DNA of 64,000 bases from Polyangiales bacterium (GCA_964202905.1 CAXNJO010000002.1:352001-416000), one strand, 5' to 3'. Numbered from the stretch's first letter, positions 29,960-40,791 are shown. Notes: generated by a model from the letters alone, not told the origin. Numbers and translations: made by a program.

Positions 29960-31300
29960 TCAGCGCGAGCGACGGCGGCGACGCGACACGCCGAGCGCGA
30001 ACACGCCGAGCACGACGCCCGCGAGCCAGCCCTGCGAGGTGGGCCGGCGCGCCCCTGCACGCGCCGCGACGTCGCAGCCGTCGACGTCGTCCGGACGCGG
30101 CCGCGCGTCGATGCCGGCGCCCGCGTCCGGCGCCGCGGCGCCCGCGTCGTCCCCCGCGCCCGCATCGCCGACGGACGGCACGTCGAGCACCGTCACACGC
30201 ACCTGCAGCTGCATGTCCGGCGGGCCGCCCTGGTCGGAGAACCACGCGGCGCCCTCCTGGACGAGGTTGAAGAACTGCGAGTAATCGCCCGGCGTGAGCG
30301 GCGCGCGCACCGTGAACGAGAAGCGGCCGACCTCGCCCGGCGGCACCACACGATCAACGGTCGCCGCGCGGCTCGCGCTCGGCCAGTCGGGGCCGGCGAG
30401 CGGGCTCGCGACGTCGCGCGGGCCGGTCGTGCCGAGCATCGTCATGCCGGGCGTCCAGGTCGCCGCGCCCGCGTTGCGGAGCTCAATGTAGCCCGCCTGC
30501 GACGCCCCCGGCGCGAGCTCGAAGGGGAGGCTCGCGTAGGGGAACGATTGCGCCACGAAGGTCGCCGCGTAGTCGATGCGCGTCGTCCAGAAGTCGGCGC
30601 CCATCTCCGCGTACGTGTCGCGCGCGTGGCGCGAGTAGCTCGCGAACCGCGCGTCGTAGACCGAGCAGCCCGTCGGCGTGCAGCCGTTGTAGTAGTGCGT
30701 GACGGTCTGGATCCACGGCATGAAGCGGTCGTTGTCGATGCGCACACCGTTCATCCACGCGAGCGCCTGCGCGGCGTTGTCGACGCCCGGCACGTAGACC
30801 GAGCGGATGACCATCGCGATGACGAAGTCGACCGCAGCGTCGGTGTTCCCGGCGACGTTCAGCACGCGCACGCCTTCGCGCGCGAGCGTCTGATCGTACG
30901 TGCCGGCGTCGAACTGGAACATGCCGAGCCCGCCCTGCATCAGCGAGCACGGCCCGTCGCCCGCGCCCGCGACCACGGGCCCGCCCCCGCAGTCGTCGCT
31001 CGCGGGCCCCATGCACGCCCACGTGAGCTCCGACCAGCAGTGCGACATCCCCGTCTCGGCGTCTGCGATCCCCGCGAGCAGCCAGCCCTGCTCGAGGCCG
31101 CGCGCCGCGGCGGCGTCTCGGATCTGCCCCGCGCGGGCGCGCCGCTGCGCGGCCGAGAGCATCGAGCGCGCGCTGCCGATCGGCTCGCCCGGCGCCGCGG
31201 GCACGAGCGCCGTGTCGGCGCACCCGAGCATCGCGGCCGCGAAGGCCGCCGCGAAGACCAAGACGGGAGCCGTGAGGGGACGCAGCGCGCGAGAGAGCAT
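29960..31300 (-). CDS. Lipoprotein with lysozyme/SLT-like domain, NBR1-type Ig-like domain and MYXO-CTERM-like tail
   Basis: AAMLG|C; IADAETG, GLGMFQF, YYNG; LRNAGAATW...VRAP..PG...WF; C-terminal GC...TM-RRRRR. Confidence 0.7.
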   Translation of the reverse strand: MLSRALRPLTAPVLVFAAAFAAAMLGCADTALVPAAPGEPIGSARSMLSAAQRRARAGQIRDAAAARGLEQGWLLAGIADAETGMSHCWSELTWACMGPASDDCGGGPVVAGAGDGPCSLMQGGLGMFQFDAGTYDQTLAREGVRVLNVAGNTDAAVDFVIAMVIRSVYVPGVDNAAQALAWMNGVRIDNDRFMPWIQTVTHYYNGCTPTGCSVYDARFASYSRHARDTYAEMGADFWTTRIDYAATFVAQSFPYASLPFELAPGASQAGYIELRNAGAATWTPGMTMLGTTGPRDVASPLAGPDWPSASRAATVDRVVPPGEVGRFSFTVRAPLTPGDYSQFFNLVQEGAAWFSDQGGPPDMQLQVRVTVLDVPSVGDAGAGDDAGAAAPDAGAGIDARPRPDDVDGCDVAARAGARRPTSQGWLAGVVLGVFALGVSRRRRRSR

Positions 31301-31415
31301 CGGTCGCGAGCGTACACCCGGCGCCGCGCGGGACACCACGGCCCCCGGGGCGTGCGCATTTCTTGGCCCGCGTCCCGGGCGGTCGATAGGGTCCCAATCC
31401 CGGAGGTCGTCCCGC

Positions 31416-32108
31416 ATGCATCTCGTCACCCAGCCGCGCAGCACCCCCATGCCCGCCCCGTCGCCGCACGAGGTGTTCGTCGGCGTGCCGCTCTCGATCG
31501 TCTTCGCGGACGGTGACGCGATCCACGCGGCCGCACGGGGGGCGAGCCGGTCGATCCGCCTCACGCCGCCGTTCCACGTGAGCGACGAGGACGCGTACCT
31601 CGTGCTGCCGGAGGACATCGGCGGCGAGATCGTAGACATCTTGCGCGACGGCGACGCGGAGCTGCTCGCGGAGGCGATGCGCGACGGCCTCCTCGTCCTC
31701 GGCAGCATCGAGCGCGAGGGCCGCTGCGTCGAGCTGTGCGTCGATGCGTGCGTCGCCCCGCAGCAGGCGCTCACCGAGACGTTGCCCTTCGCCGAGACCG
31801 TGCCGCTGCTCGACGCCGAGAGCGCGCTCGCGCTGCTGAACGAGCTGCACCACGTGCAGGTCACGATGGGCAGCGCCCTCGTCGACGAAGAGGGCCTCGG
31901 CGACATGCTCGCGAACGCCGAGTACATCGGCCCCTCGTGGCGCGCACCCGAGTCGGGCGCACGGCGCGGCGCGACGGCCGAGCCGACGTACGTGTGGGCG
32001 CGGCAGCAGCGCGACGGGCGCGTCGGCATCGAGCTCGCGCTCTTCTCCGAGTACGAAGAGCTCGTCGCGCTCCTGCGGCCCGCGGCGCTGCGCGCACCCC
32101 GCCGCTGA
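31416..32108 (+). CDS. Hypothetical acidic protein
   Basis: GGAGG SD before ATG, high-GC3 codon pattern; no recognised motif. Confidence 0.65.
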   Translation: MHLVTQPRSTPMPAPSPHEVFVGVPLSIVFADGDAIHAAARGASRSIRLTPPFHVSDEDAYLVLPEDIGGEIVDILRDGDAELLAEAMRDGLLVLGSIEREGRCVELCVDACVAPQQALTETLPFAETVPLLDAESALALLNELHHVQVTMGSALVDEEGLGDMLANAEYIGPSWRAPESGARRGATAEPTYVWARQQRDGRVGIELALFSEYEELVALLRPAALRAPRR

Positions 32109-32176
32109 CGCCCGCGTGTCACGGCCCCGCGTGGGCGCGTCGCGGATCCGTTTGCGTGGCGGCGGGCGCGCGGACC

Positions 32177-33310
32177 ATGGTGCAGCCCGCGATGGAGAAG
32201 CCCTCGAGAGCCAAGCGCGCGCGCCAGCCCGCTGATCCCGCGGAGCGCGCGGCCGTGATCGACGCCGAAGGGGCCGTGCTCGCCGAGGCGCGCGCGGCCC
32301 GGGAGAGCGGACGCGACGAGGGCGAGGACGGCGGCGAGGGCCGCGAAGACGCCTTCTCCGACGAGGCGATCGCCGCCGCAGACGCCGCCTACGAGGACGT
32401 CTCCGTGGCCGACGTGAAGCTGCCCGTCCCGCGGGGACGCGGCGCCGGCGGCACGGCGCTCTCGACGCAGGATCCGCTCGCCGCCTACATGCGCGACGTG
32501 CAGCGCTACCCGCTGCTCACGCCCGACGAGGAACACACGCTCGCCGTGACCTACGCGCAGACGGGCGACGTGAAGGCGGCTGCGCGGCTCGTCACCGCGA
32601 ACCTGCGCCTCGTCGTCAAGATCGCCTACGACTACCGGCGTGCGTACAAGAACCTCCTCGACCTCGTGCAGGAGGGGAACATCGGCCTCATGCAGGCCGT
32701 GAAGAAGTACGACCCGTACAAGGGCGTGAAGCTCTCGTCGTACGCTGCCTGGTGGATCCGCGCGTACATCCTGCGCTTCATCCTCAACAACTGGCGCCTC
32801 GTGAAGATCGGCACCACGCAGGCGCAACGCAAGCTCTTCTTCAACCTGTCGAAGGAGAAGGCGCGCCTCTCCGCGCTCGGCATCGAGCCGACACCGGAGC
32901 TCATCGCCAAGCGCCTCGACGTGACCTCCGAGGAGGTCGAGATGATGGACCGCCGCCTCGGCGGCCACGACGTCTCCCTCGACACGCCGGTCGGCAGCGA
33001 CGGCGAGCAGGGCCCGGCGCGCGTCGAGCTGCTGCCCTCGAACCTCGGGCGCTCGGACGACTTCCTCGCGGACGCCGAGGTGCGCGGGATGCTGCACGAG
33101 AAGATCGGCGAGTTCGGCGCGCGGCTCACCGGCAAGGAGGCGATCATCTTCCGCGAGCGCATCCTCGCCGAAGACCCGCAGACGCTGCAGCAGCTCGGCG
33201 ATCTGTTCGGCGTCAGCCGCGAGCGCGTGCGGCAGATCGAGCAGCGGCTTCAGCAGAAACTCGAGCGGTTCCTGCGGGAGCAGCTCGGTGACGAAGTGCT
33301 CGAGGCGTGA
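32177..33310 (+). CDS. rpoH: RNA polymerase sigma factor, RpoH/sigma32 family
   Basis: DPLAAYMRDV, NLRLVVKIA, DLVQEGNIGLMQAV, YAAWWIR, RpoH box QRKLFFNL, VSRERVRQIE. It may be one of several paralogs. Confidence 0.88.
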   Translation: MVQPAMEKPSRAKRARQPADPAERAAVIDAEGAVLAEARAARESGRDEGEDGGEGREDAFSDEAIAAADAAYEDVSVADVKLPVPRGRGAGGTALSTQDPLAAYMRDVQRYPLLTPDEEHTLAVTYAQTGDVKAAARLVTANLRLVVKIAYDYRRAYKNLLDLVQEGNIGLMQAVKKYDPYKGVKLSSYAAWWIRAYILRFILNNWRLVKIGTTQAQRKLFFNLSKEKARLSALGIEPTPELIAKRLDVTSEEVEMMDRRLGGHDVSLDTPVGSDGEQGPARVELLPSNLGRSDDFLADAEVRGMLHEKIGEFGARLTGKEAIIFRERILAEDPQTLQQLGDLFGVSRERVRQIEQRLQQKLERFLREQLGDEVLEA

Positions 33311-34266
33311 GCGGCCCCGACGAGACCGGCGCGGCGGACGCGCCTCCGAGGGGGACGCTCTACGTCGTCGCGACGCCGATCGGCCACCTCGAGGACATCA
33401 CGCTCCGCGCACTCCGCGTGCTGCGCGAGGTCGACGCGATCCTCGCGGAGGACACGCGGCACACGCGCAAGCTGTGTGAGCGGCACGGCATCGGGACGCC
33501 GCTGCGCGCGTTCCACGCGCACTCGAGCGAACAGGCGCTCGCGCGGATCGTGGCGGAGCTCGTCGGCGGCGCGCGCCTCGCGCTCGTCTCGGATGCGGGC
33601 ACGCCGCTCGTGAGCGATCCGGGCGCGGCGCTCGTCGCGGTCGCCGCGCAGGAGGGCGTGCGCGTCGAGGCGCTGCCCGGTGCGAGCGCGCCGCTCACCG
33701 CGCTGGCGGTCGCCGGGCTGCGCGCGGACGGTTTCCGCTTCGTCGGCTTTCTCCCGCGGGGCGGCGGACGCCGCAAGCGCGCGCTCGAGCGGCTCGCGCG
33801 GGACCCGCAGACGACGGTGCTCTTCGAGGCCCCCAATCGCCTCGCGGACACGCTCGTCGATCTCGCCCGCGCCGCGGGCGGGACGCGCCGCGCGGCGGTG
33901 TGTCGCGAACTGACGAAGGCGTTCGAAGAGGTCGCGCGCGGCTCGCTCGACACGCTCGCGGCGCGCTTCGCGGGCGGCGCCCGCGGCGAGGTGACGGTCG
34001 TCGTCGAGGGGCTTGGCGCGGACGCCCCGGACGACACGCCGGACGACACCGATCCCGACGCGCTCGTGCGCGAGGCGCTCGCCGCCGGCGCGAGCGTCCG
34101 CGACGCGGCACGCCGACTCTCCGAGGCGACGCGCCTCGGCAAGCGGGAGGCCTACCAGCGCGTGCTCGCGATCGCCGGCGGCTCGCACGGCGAGGACGAG
34201 GGCGCGGACGACGCGGACGACGCGGACGACGCGGACGACGCGGACGACGCGGACGACGCGGGCTGA
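33307..34266 (+). CDS. rsmI: 16S rRNA (cytidine1402-2'-O)-methyltransferase
   Basis: LYVVATPIGHLEDITLRA, AEDTRHT, VSDAGTPLVSDPG, RELTK, RGE. Confidence 0.93.
   Translation: MSGPDETGAADAPPRGTLYVVATPIGHLEDITLRALRVLREVDAILAEDTRHTRKLCERHGIGTPLRAFHAHSSEQALARIVAELVGGARLALVSDAGTPLVSDPGAALVAVAAQEGVRVEALPGASAPLTALAVAGLRADGFRFVGFLPRGGGRRKRALERLARDPQTTVLFEAPNRLADTLVDLARAAGGTRRAAVCRELTKAFEEVARGSLDTLAARFAGGARGEVTVVVEGLGADAPDDTPDDTDPDALVREALAAGASVRDAARRLSEATRLGKREAYQRVLAIAGGSHGEDEGADDADDADDADDADDADDAG
34204..34260 (+). repeat. In-frame 9-bp tandem repeat (GCGGACGAC)x6 encoding (ADD)6
   Basis: Perfect copies read directly from the sequence. Confidence 0.9.
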
Positions 34267-34314
34267 GGCCCCGGCCCCGGCTGCATCGCGCGCCTCGTCG
34301 CGACGCGGGCTACC

Positions 34315-36243
34315 GTGATAGCCTCGCGCCCCGTGACGTCGACCTCGTCCCCGCTCCTCCGCCGCCCGTTCCCGAGCCGCCTACGTCTGCGCAGCCCGGG
34401 CCTCCGCCGCCTGGGTCTTCGCGGGGTCCCGCTCGCCGCCATGCTGTGGCTGGTAGGCGCCTGCGCGGGGACCCCGGGCGAGCCCATCGACGTCGGCATG
34501 CAGGTGAGTTGGCTCGACCAACCGGCCGGTACGCTCCCCGACGCGGTGGCCTCGATCTCGGTCACCGTCTTCACGGGCGACGACGACGCGACCGGCCTCG
34601 AGGCGGAGTACACGGTCGCGAACCTCCCCGACGACGACGGCGACGGCCGACCCGACCGCACGCTGAAGGGCCTCGCGACGGGCGTGCCGCTCCGCATCTC
34701 GCTCATCGGCTACGACGACGCCCGCGCGGCGGTGTACACCGGACGCCTCGGGCCGTTCATGCTCGAGGCCGGCGAGCGCCGCTTCCTCGACGTCCAGATG
34801 TACCCGCTGGGCTCGTCCGCGTCGCTCCCGGACCCGACGTTCACCGGGCGCTTCCTGCACACCGCGACGCCGCTCCCGGACGGCCGCGTGCTCATCGCGG
34901 GTGGCTTCACCGCGATCCGCCGCGTCGATCCGTGCCCGACGCCGTTCCCCGAGGCGGCCCACTGCTTCACCGCGACCGCGACGCGCGAGGCCTTCGTGTT
35001 CGCGCCCGGCACGGGGCGCTTCCGCGCCGTCGCCGACCCGCTCCTCGAGGCGCGCGGCGGTCACACCGCGACCGCCCTCCCCGATGGCCGCGTGCTCGTC
35101 GCGGGCGGCGCGAGCGAGGCGCTCATCGCCTTCACCCCCGTCGGCGACCCGATGGCGCCGCGCGGCTGGGCGCCGACGATCCTCGCGCAGGGCGCGACGG
35201 GCACGCCCACGGCGCGCGCCTCGTTCGAGATCTTCGACCCCGAGCGTAACGCGGAGGAGAACGACCCCGAGCGCGACGGCGACGACGGTCGCGGCGGCTT
35301 CGTCGGCGCCGCCGACGACGCGACGCGCCCCGGACGCCTCAACGGGCCGCGCTTCTTCCACGCCGCGGCCGCGGTCCCCGGCACCGACCTCGTGCTGCTC
35401 GCGGGCGGCGCGAACGCCGAGGCGTCGACGACCTTCGAGCTCTTCGACGACCGCCGCGCGGGCGGCTACGGCGTCTACCCGAACGACGGCGCGGCGCTGC
35501 TCGCCGGGCGCAGCGCACCGAGCGCGATCGGTGTCGGCTCGGGCGCGACCGCCAAGGTGTGGATCGTCGGCGGGCGCCGCGCGGCGTCGAACGACGAGCT
35601 CGCCGAGATCTGGACGCAGCCCACCGCGACCGCGCCCAACGGGACGCTCGTCGCGGCCACGTCGACCGGCTTCCCGGGCGCGATGGGCTCCGCCACGGAA
35701 GAGCGCCCCGAGTTCTCGACGCTGCGCCCCGAGCTCGCCGTCGTCGGCAGCAGCGGCAGCCACCTGCTCTCGGTCGGCTGGCTCGGCCCGCTCTGCGCCG
35801 AGGGCTCCACCGCGCCCGTGTTCGCGGGATCGACGGGCGGCGTCGAGGAGCTCTGCCCGACCGGCATGCCCGAGCGCAGCTTCACGACGCGCCTGAGCGG
35901 CGGCGCGACGATCGGCACGAGCTCCGGCTCGCCCCACGCGCTCGGCTCGAGCGCCCGCCTCGACGACGGCTCCTTCGTCGTCACCGGCGGGGTGAGCAAC
36001 CTCGTGATGACCGCGCAATCCGCCGTCGATCGCTTCACGGGCAACGTGATGGCGGATCGCGCCGTCCGCGAGTCCGGCGGCACGCGCATGGTCACGCTGC
36101 GCGCACAGCGCGCCCTCCACGCGAGCGCCGCGCTCCCCGGCAGCGGCGTGCTCAGCACGGGCGGCGTGGCCTTCACGCCCGACACGACGAGCGCCACGCT
36201 GGTCTCCCCCGCGGCCGAGGCGCTCTTCCTCCCGCCGCTCTGA
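34315..36243 (+). CDS. Kelch-repeat lipoprotein (start uncertain)
   Basis: LVGA|C; repeats RFLHTATPLPDGRVLIAGG, RGGHTATALPDGRVLVAGG, RFFHAAA...LAGG, RALHASAALPGSGVLSTGG. Confidence 0.8.
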   Translation: MIASRPVTSTSSPLLRRPFPSRLRLRSPGLRRLGLRGVPLAAMLWLVGACAGTPGEPIDVGMQVSWLDQPAGTLPDAVASISVTVFTGDDDATGLEAEYTVANLPDDDGDGRPDRTLKGLATGVPLRISLIGYDDARAAVYTGRLGPFMLEAGERRFLDVQMYPLGSSASLPDPTFTGRFLHTATPLPDGRVLIAGGFTAIRRVDPCPTPFPEAAHCFTATATREAFVFAPGTGRFRAVADPLLEARGGHTATALPDGRVLVAGGASEALIAFTPVGDPMAPRGWAPTILAQGATGTPTARASFEIFDPERNAEENDPERDGDDGRGGFVGAADDATRPGRLNGPRFFHAAAAVPGTDLVLLAGGANAEASTTFELFDDRRAGGYGVYPNDGAALLAGRSAPSAIGVGSGATAKVWIVGGRRAASNDELAEIWTQPTATAPNGTLVAATSTGFPGAMGSATEERPEFSTLRPELAVVGSSGSHLLSVGWLGPLCAEGSTAPVFAGSTGGVEELCPTGMPERSFTTRLSGGATIGTSSGSPHALGSSARLDDGSFVVTGGVSNLVMTAQSAVDRFTGNVMADRAVRESGGTRMVTLRAQRALHASAALPGSGVLSTGGVAFTPDTTSATLVSPAAEALFLPPL

Positions 36244-36304
36244 GCCGACTGGGCGCGAGACCCGCGCCCGCGACGCGCCCGGCATGCGCGACCGCACGGC
36301 GACG

Positions 36305-36396
36305 TGAAACACGTGTTTCAGCCCGCCGTCCCCGCAAGTGGCGCGTTGCAGGGCGCTGGCGTGGTGGGCGTTTCACCAAGCGAAACGCGCGTTTCA
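36305..36396. repeat. Pair of 16-bp palindromes TGAAAC-N4-GTTTCA in a convergent intergenic gap
   Basis: TGAAACACGTGTTTCA 36305-36320 (perfect), CGAAACGCGCGTTTCA 36381-36396, extra GTTTCA half-site at 36370. Confidence 0.7.
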
Positions 36397-36516
36397 ATTG
36401 GGCGTCCGCCGTCCGCGCCCGGTCTCCGCGCTCGCGCGCCGCGGCAGGGCGCCTCTCCGCCGGGCAGCGCGTGGGCGCGCCTCGACGCGTGCGCCCGTTG
36501 AACCCCGCGCGCGCGC

Positions 36517-37944
36517 TCAGAACTGCGCGGTGAGCGTCGCCGAGAGGTCGAACGTCATCGCCCCGTCGAGGCGGAACCGGCGCCCTGGGAGATCGACCGT
36601 CTCGCGATAGTTCGGGTTGATGATGCCCGTGCGGCAGCTCCCGATGCGCGGGTCGTCCGCGCTCGGCGTGAAGTTGGGATTGCACGCGTCCGCGAACGAG
36701 AGCAGGTGCGCCGTCGTGTACGAGAGCCCCGCCGCGAAGCCGAACTTCACGTAGCGCGCGGCCTGCATCTCCACCGCGACGCGCCCGCCGAAGCGTGCGT
36801 GCGACTGCGTGTCGGTGAGGCCGTAGAAGAAGCCCTTGCGGCGCGAGGCGTCGGCCGTGTTGCAGGGCATCCCCGTGTCCGTCTCGCAGACGGGGTTGGT
36901 GAGCCCGGTGTCGCTCGACGTGCCGAGGGCGTCGAAGAGCGGTGACCAGCTGCGCCCCTCGGACGTATAGGCGAAGGTGCCGCGGAAATCGAGGGTGAAG
37001 CGCTGGTAGCGCGCGCGCTGCTCCCACGGGATGACCGCGAGGCCGACCGTCGCCTCGGCGAGGAGCGGCGGGATCGAGTTCACGACACCCTCGAGCGCGC
37101 CGGACGGCACGAAGAAGCGGTCGCTCGCGGCGGGCCACTCGACCTGGAAGGCGAGGCCCGTGTACGGCTCGAGGTAGCGGTAGCGGTGCGAGCCGCGCGT
37201 CTCGATGCGGAGCGCGTTCGTGCCGCGCGAGATGCCGCCGTCGCCGTCGAAGAACCCGGGCGCGCCGTCCGCGCCGTAGGTCGCGCGGCAGTTGCCGCTG
37301 CCGCCGGACGGGTCGATCGGCCCCTTGCTGCACGCGCGCAGCGGGGCGCCGACGGCGAGCCGCCCCTCGACCATCACGAGCCAGGTCGGCAGCCAGGGCG
37401 TCCGGTACTGGTTCGTGATCCCCCACGCGAGGCCGACGTTGACGGTGTCGAGACCGGAGCGTGTGGGCGACTCGAACGGCACCGAGAAGGGCGAGGGCAC
37501 CTCGCCCGTCGTGTTGCCGCGGTTGATCCCGCGCAGCGAGCGGTCGTCGCTCAGCACGAGCGGGAGCCGCGCGTACACCATGAGGTCGTGGTAGAGGCCG
37601 GCCTCGAGGCCGAGCACGAGCGAGTTCGTGAGCGAGCGCGTGTCCGCGACGTCGACGTAGCGCGGCGTGCCCGGCAGATCGGCCGTCGCACCGGGGTCGC
37701 CCGGGTCGAGTGGAGGCGCCTCGCGCTGGATGCGTCCGCTCGTCTGCGAGCGCTCGAACGACACCGTGAGGTTGAGGTCGAACGGGTCGTCGTCGTCGAG
37801 CGCGTCGGCGATGTCCGTGTAGCTGGTGGGCGCGCCCATCAGCACGAGCGGCGGCTCGTCCGCGCGGGCCGGCGCGGTGCGCGACGCGAGGCCCATCCCG
37901 GCAAGCGCGGACGCCAGCGCGACCCGAAGAAAGCGGTTCTTCAT
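36517..37944 (-). CDS. Putative outer-membrane beta-barrel protein
   Basis: Signal peptide (ARA|D), amphipathic beta strands, C-terminal LSATLTAQF ending in Phe. Confidence 0.7.
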   Translation of the reverse strand: MKNRFLRVALASALAGMGLASRTAPARADEPPLVLMGAPTSYTDIADALDDDDPFDLNLTVSFERSQTSGRIQREAPPLDPGDPGATADLPGTPRYVDVADTRSLTNSLVLGLEAGLYHDLMVYARLPLVLSDDRSLRGINRGNTTGEVPSPFSVPFESPTRSGLDTVNVGLAWGITNQYRTPWLPTWLVMVEGRLAVGAPLRACSKGPIDPSGGSGNCRATYGADGAPGFFDGDGGISRGTNALRIETRGSHRYRYLEPYTGLAFQVEWPAASDRFFVPSGALEGVVNSIPPLLAEATVGLAVIPWEQRARYQRFTLDFRGTFAYTSEGRSWSPLFDALGTSSDTGLTNPVCETDTGMPCNTADASRRKGFFYGLTDTQSHARFGGRVAVEMQAARYVKFGFAAGLSYTTAHLLSFADACNPNFTPSADDPRIGSCRTGIINPNYRETVDLPGRRFRLDGAMTFDLSATLTAQF

Positions 37945-37953
37945 GCGGGGGCG

Positions 37954-37983
37954 AGGATAGGTTGGCGCCCGCGACGGGGTCAA
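37954..37983 (-). promoter_or_regulatory. Sigma70-type promoter, near-leaderless
   Basis: Minus strand TTGACC-18 nt-TATCCT, with the ATG 9 nt after the -10 element. Confidence 0.5.
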
Positions 37984-38002
37984 CAAGGGACGCGGTGCGC
38001 GC

Positions 38003-39295
<1,293 letters not shown>

Positions 39296-39487
39296 CGTCC
39301 TCGTCGCTCCCCTCGCCCTGCCAGGCAGCGGCCACCCGGACGTCGGCGCCGCCTCTGGTACTACGCCGCACGCGGGGGCGTCAACGCGCGGGGACGATGC
39401 GCACCGGGACGCGCCGCGCGCGCGGGTTGTCGCGGTCGCGCGGCCGACGTAGCTTCTGGCCTCCCCGTCCGCCCCCGGAGCCTTCGC

Positions 39488-40675
39488 ATGACGTCATCCC
39501 CCCCTTCTCCCGCCCGCGCCCCGCGCCTCGCCCGTGCCCTCGCCCTGACGGCCCTCGCCCTCGCCGCGTGCAGCGAGTCGAAGACCGCCGTCGGCACCGA
39601 TGCAGGCAGCGGCATCACGTTCGACGCCGGCCCCGATCTCGGCGCGCCCGACCTCGGCCCCGACCTCTCGGGCCCGCCCGCGTCCGGCAACGTCGGCGCG
39701 CCCTGCACGGGCGACGGCGAGTGCACTGGCGGCGCGCAGTGCGCCCCGGCGCCCGATTTTCCCGGCGGTTACTGCACGCAGCTCTGCGGCGACGTCGATT
39801 GCCCGACGGGCTCCGCGTGCACGCCCATCGACGGGCGCGGGACGATGATCTGTCTCGACGAGTGCGACCCCGCGGCCGCCACGCGCCAGTGCCGCATGGG
39901 CTACGGCTGCGCGCCGACGATGTTCGGGCCGGCCGTGTGCGTGCCCGGCTGCACCGACGACACCGACTGCACCGGCGGCACCGTCTGCGACCCGTCGGGC
40001 GGCTTCGCCGGCGCGTGCTACTCGCCGGACGCGAGCGTGGGTGACGCATGCACCGACGACGCGATGTGCCCGTCGGGCGGCTTCTGCTTCGCCGAGGCCT
40101 TCGGCGGCTGGCCGGACGGCATGTGCATCCTCTTCGGCTGCGACGCGACGGACGGGACGGGCTGTCCGGAAGGCGCGACCTGCATCCCCGGGCGCCGCAG
40201 CGGCCTCTGCGTGTCGGACTGCGCGACGGACGGCGACTGCCGCGCGGGCTACCGCTGCGCCGACAACGCGGCGCTCGCGGGCACCCGCTACTGCGCGCCG
40301 GTCCTCGCGGCCGCCGACATCGGGCAGCCCTGCTCGGGCATGGACGGCGTCGCCTGCGCCGGCGGCAGCTGCCTCCGCGAGATCGACACCGGCTACCCGG
40401 GCTCCTACTGCGCGCAGAACGGCTGCACGCCCGGCGCGAGCGCCTCGGGCTGCCCGGGCGACACCGTCTGCGTCGCCGACGGGACCACGAACCGCTGTCT
40501 CGACGCCTGCGCGGCCGAGGCCGATTGCCGTGACGGCTACGCCTGCACCCCGGTCGACCCCTCGGCGATGTCGGGCCCGAGCTACTGCAAGCCCGCCTGC
40601 ACCATGAACGTCCAGTGCGTGAACGACGGCGCCACCTGCGACACGGCGACCGGCCTCTGCGCGCCCCCTCCGTGA
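39488..40675 (+). CDS. Cys-rich repeat lipoprotein
   Basis: LALAA|C; D-x-G tether; repeated C..D.DCR.GY.C and PGGYC/PGSYC modules. Confidence 0.8.
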   Translation: MTSSPPSPARAPRLARALALTALALAACSESKTAVGTDAGSGITFDAGPDLGAPDLGPDLSGPPASGNVGAPCTGDGECTGGAQCAPAPDFPGGYCTQLCGDVDCPTGSACTPIDGRGTMICLDECDPAAATRQCRMGYGCAPTMFGPAVCVPGCTDDTDCTGGTVCDPSGGFAGACYSPDASVGDACTDDAMCPSGGFCFAEAFGGWPDGMCILFGCDATDGTGCPEGATCIPGRRSGLCVSDCATDGDCRAGYRCADNAALAGTRYCAPVLAAADIGQPCSGMDGVACAGGSCLREIDTGYPGSYCAQNGCTPGASASGCPGDTVCVADGTTNRCLDACAAEADCRDGYACTPVDPSAMSGPSYCKPACTMNVQCVNDGATCDTATGLCAPPP

Positions 40676-40791
40676 ACTGAGCCGACGCGCGACGGCGCGG
40701 CCCCCGCCGCGTCGTTCCCGGCGTCGCCCATCTCCGCAACGACCCGCCACGCGCCGACCTCCCCCAAGGAGCGTCGGCGCGTCGCGTTTCG

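Noticed and set aside
31361..31380. Second sigma54 promoter (TTGGCCCG...)
   Set aside because: No GC at the required position 10 nt after the GG.
36301..36320. parS centromere site
   Set aside because: Half-sites are in the opposite order to TGTTTCACGTGAAACA, and no parAB genes are in the window.
40680..40790. Structured ncRNA or intrinsic terminator at a convergent junction
   Set aside because: GC-rich hairpins are expected by chance at this composition; there is no U-tract or recognisable RNA family.
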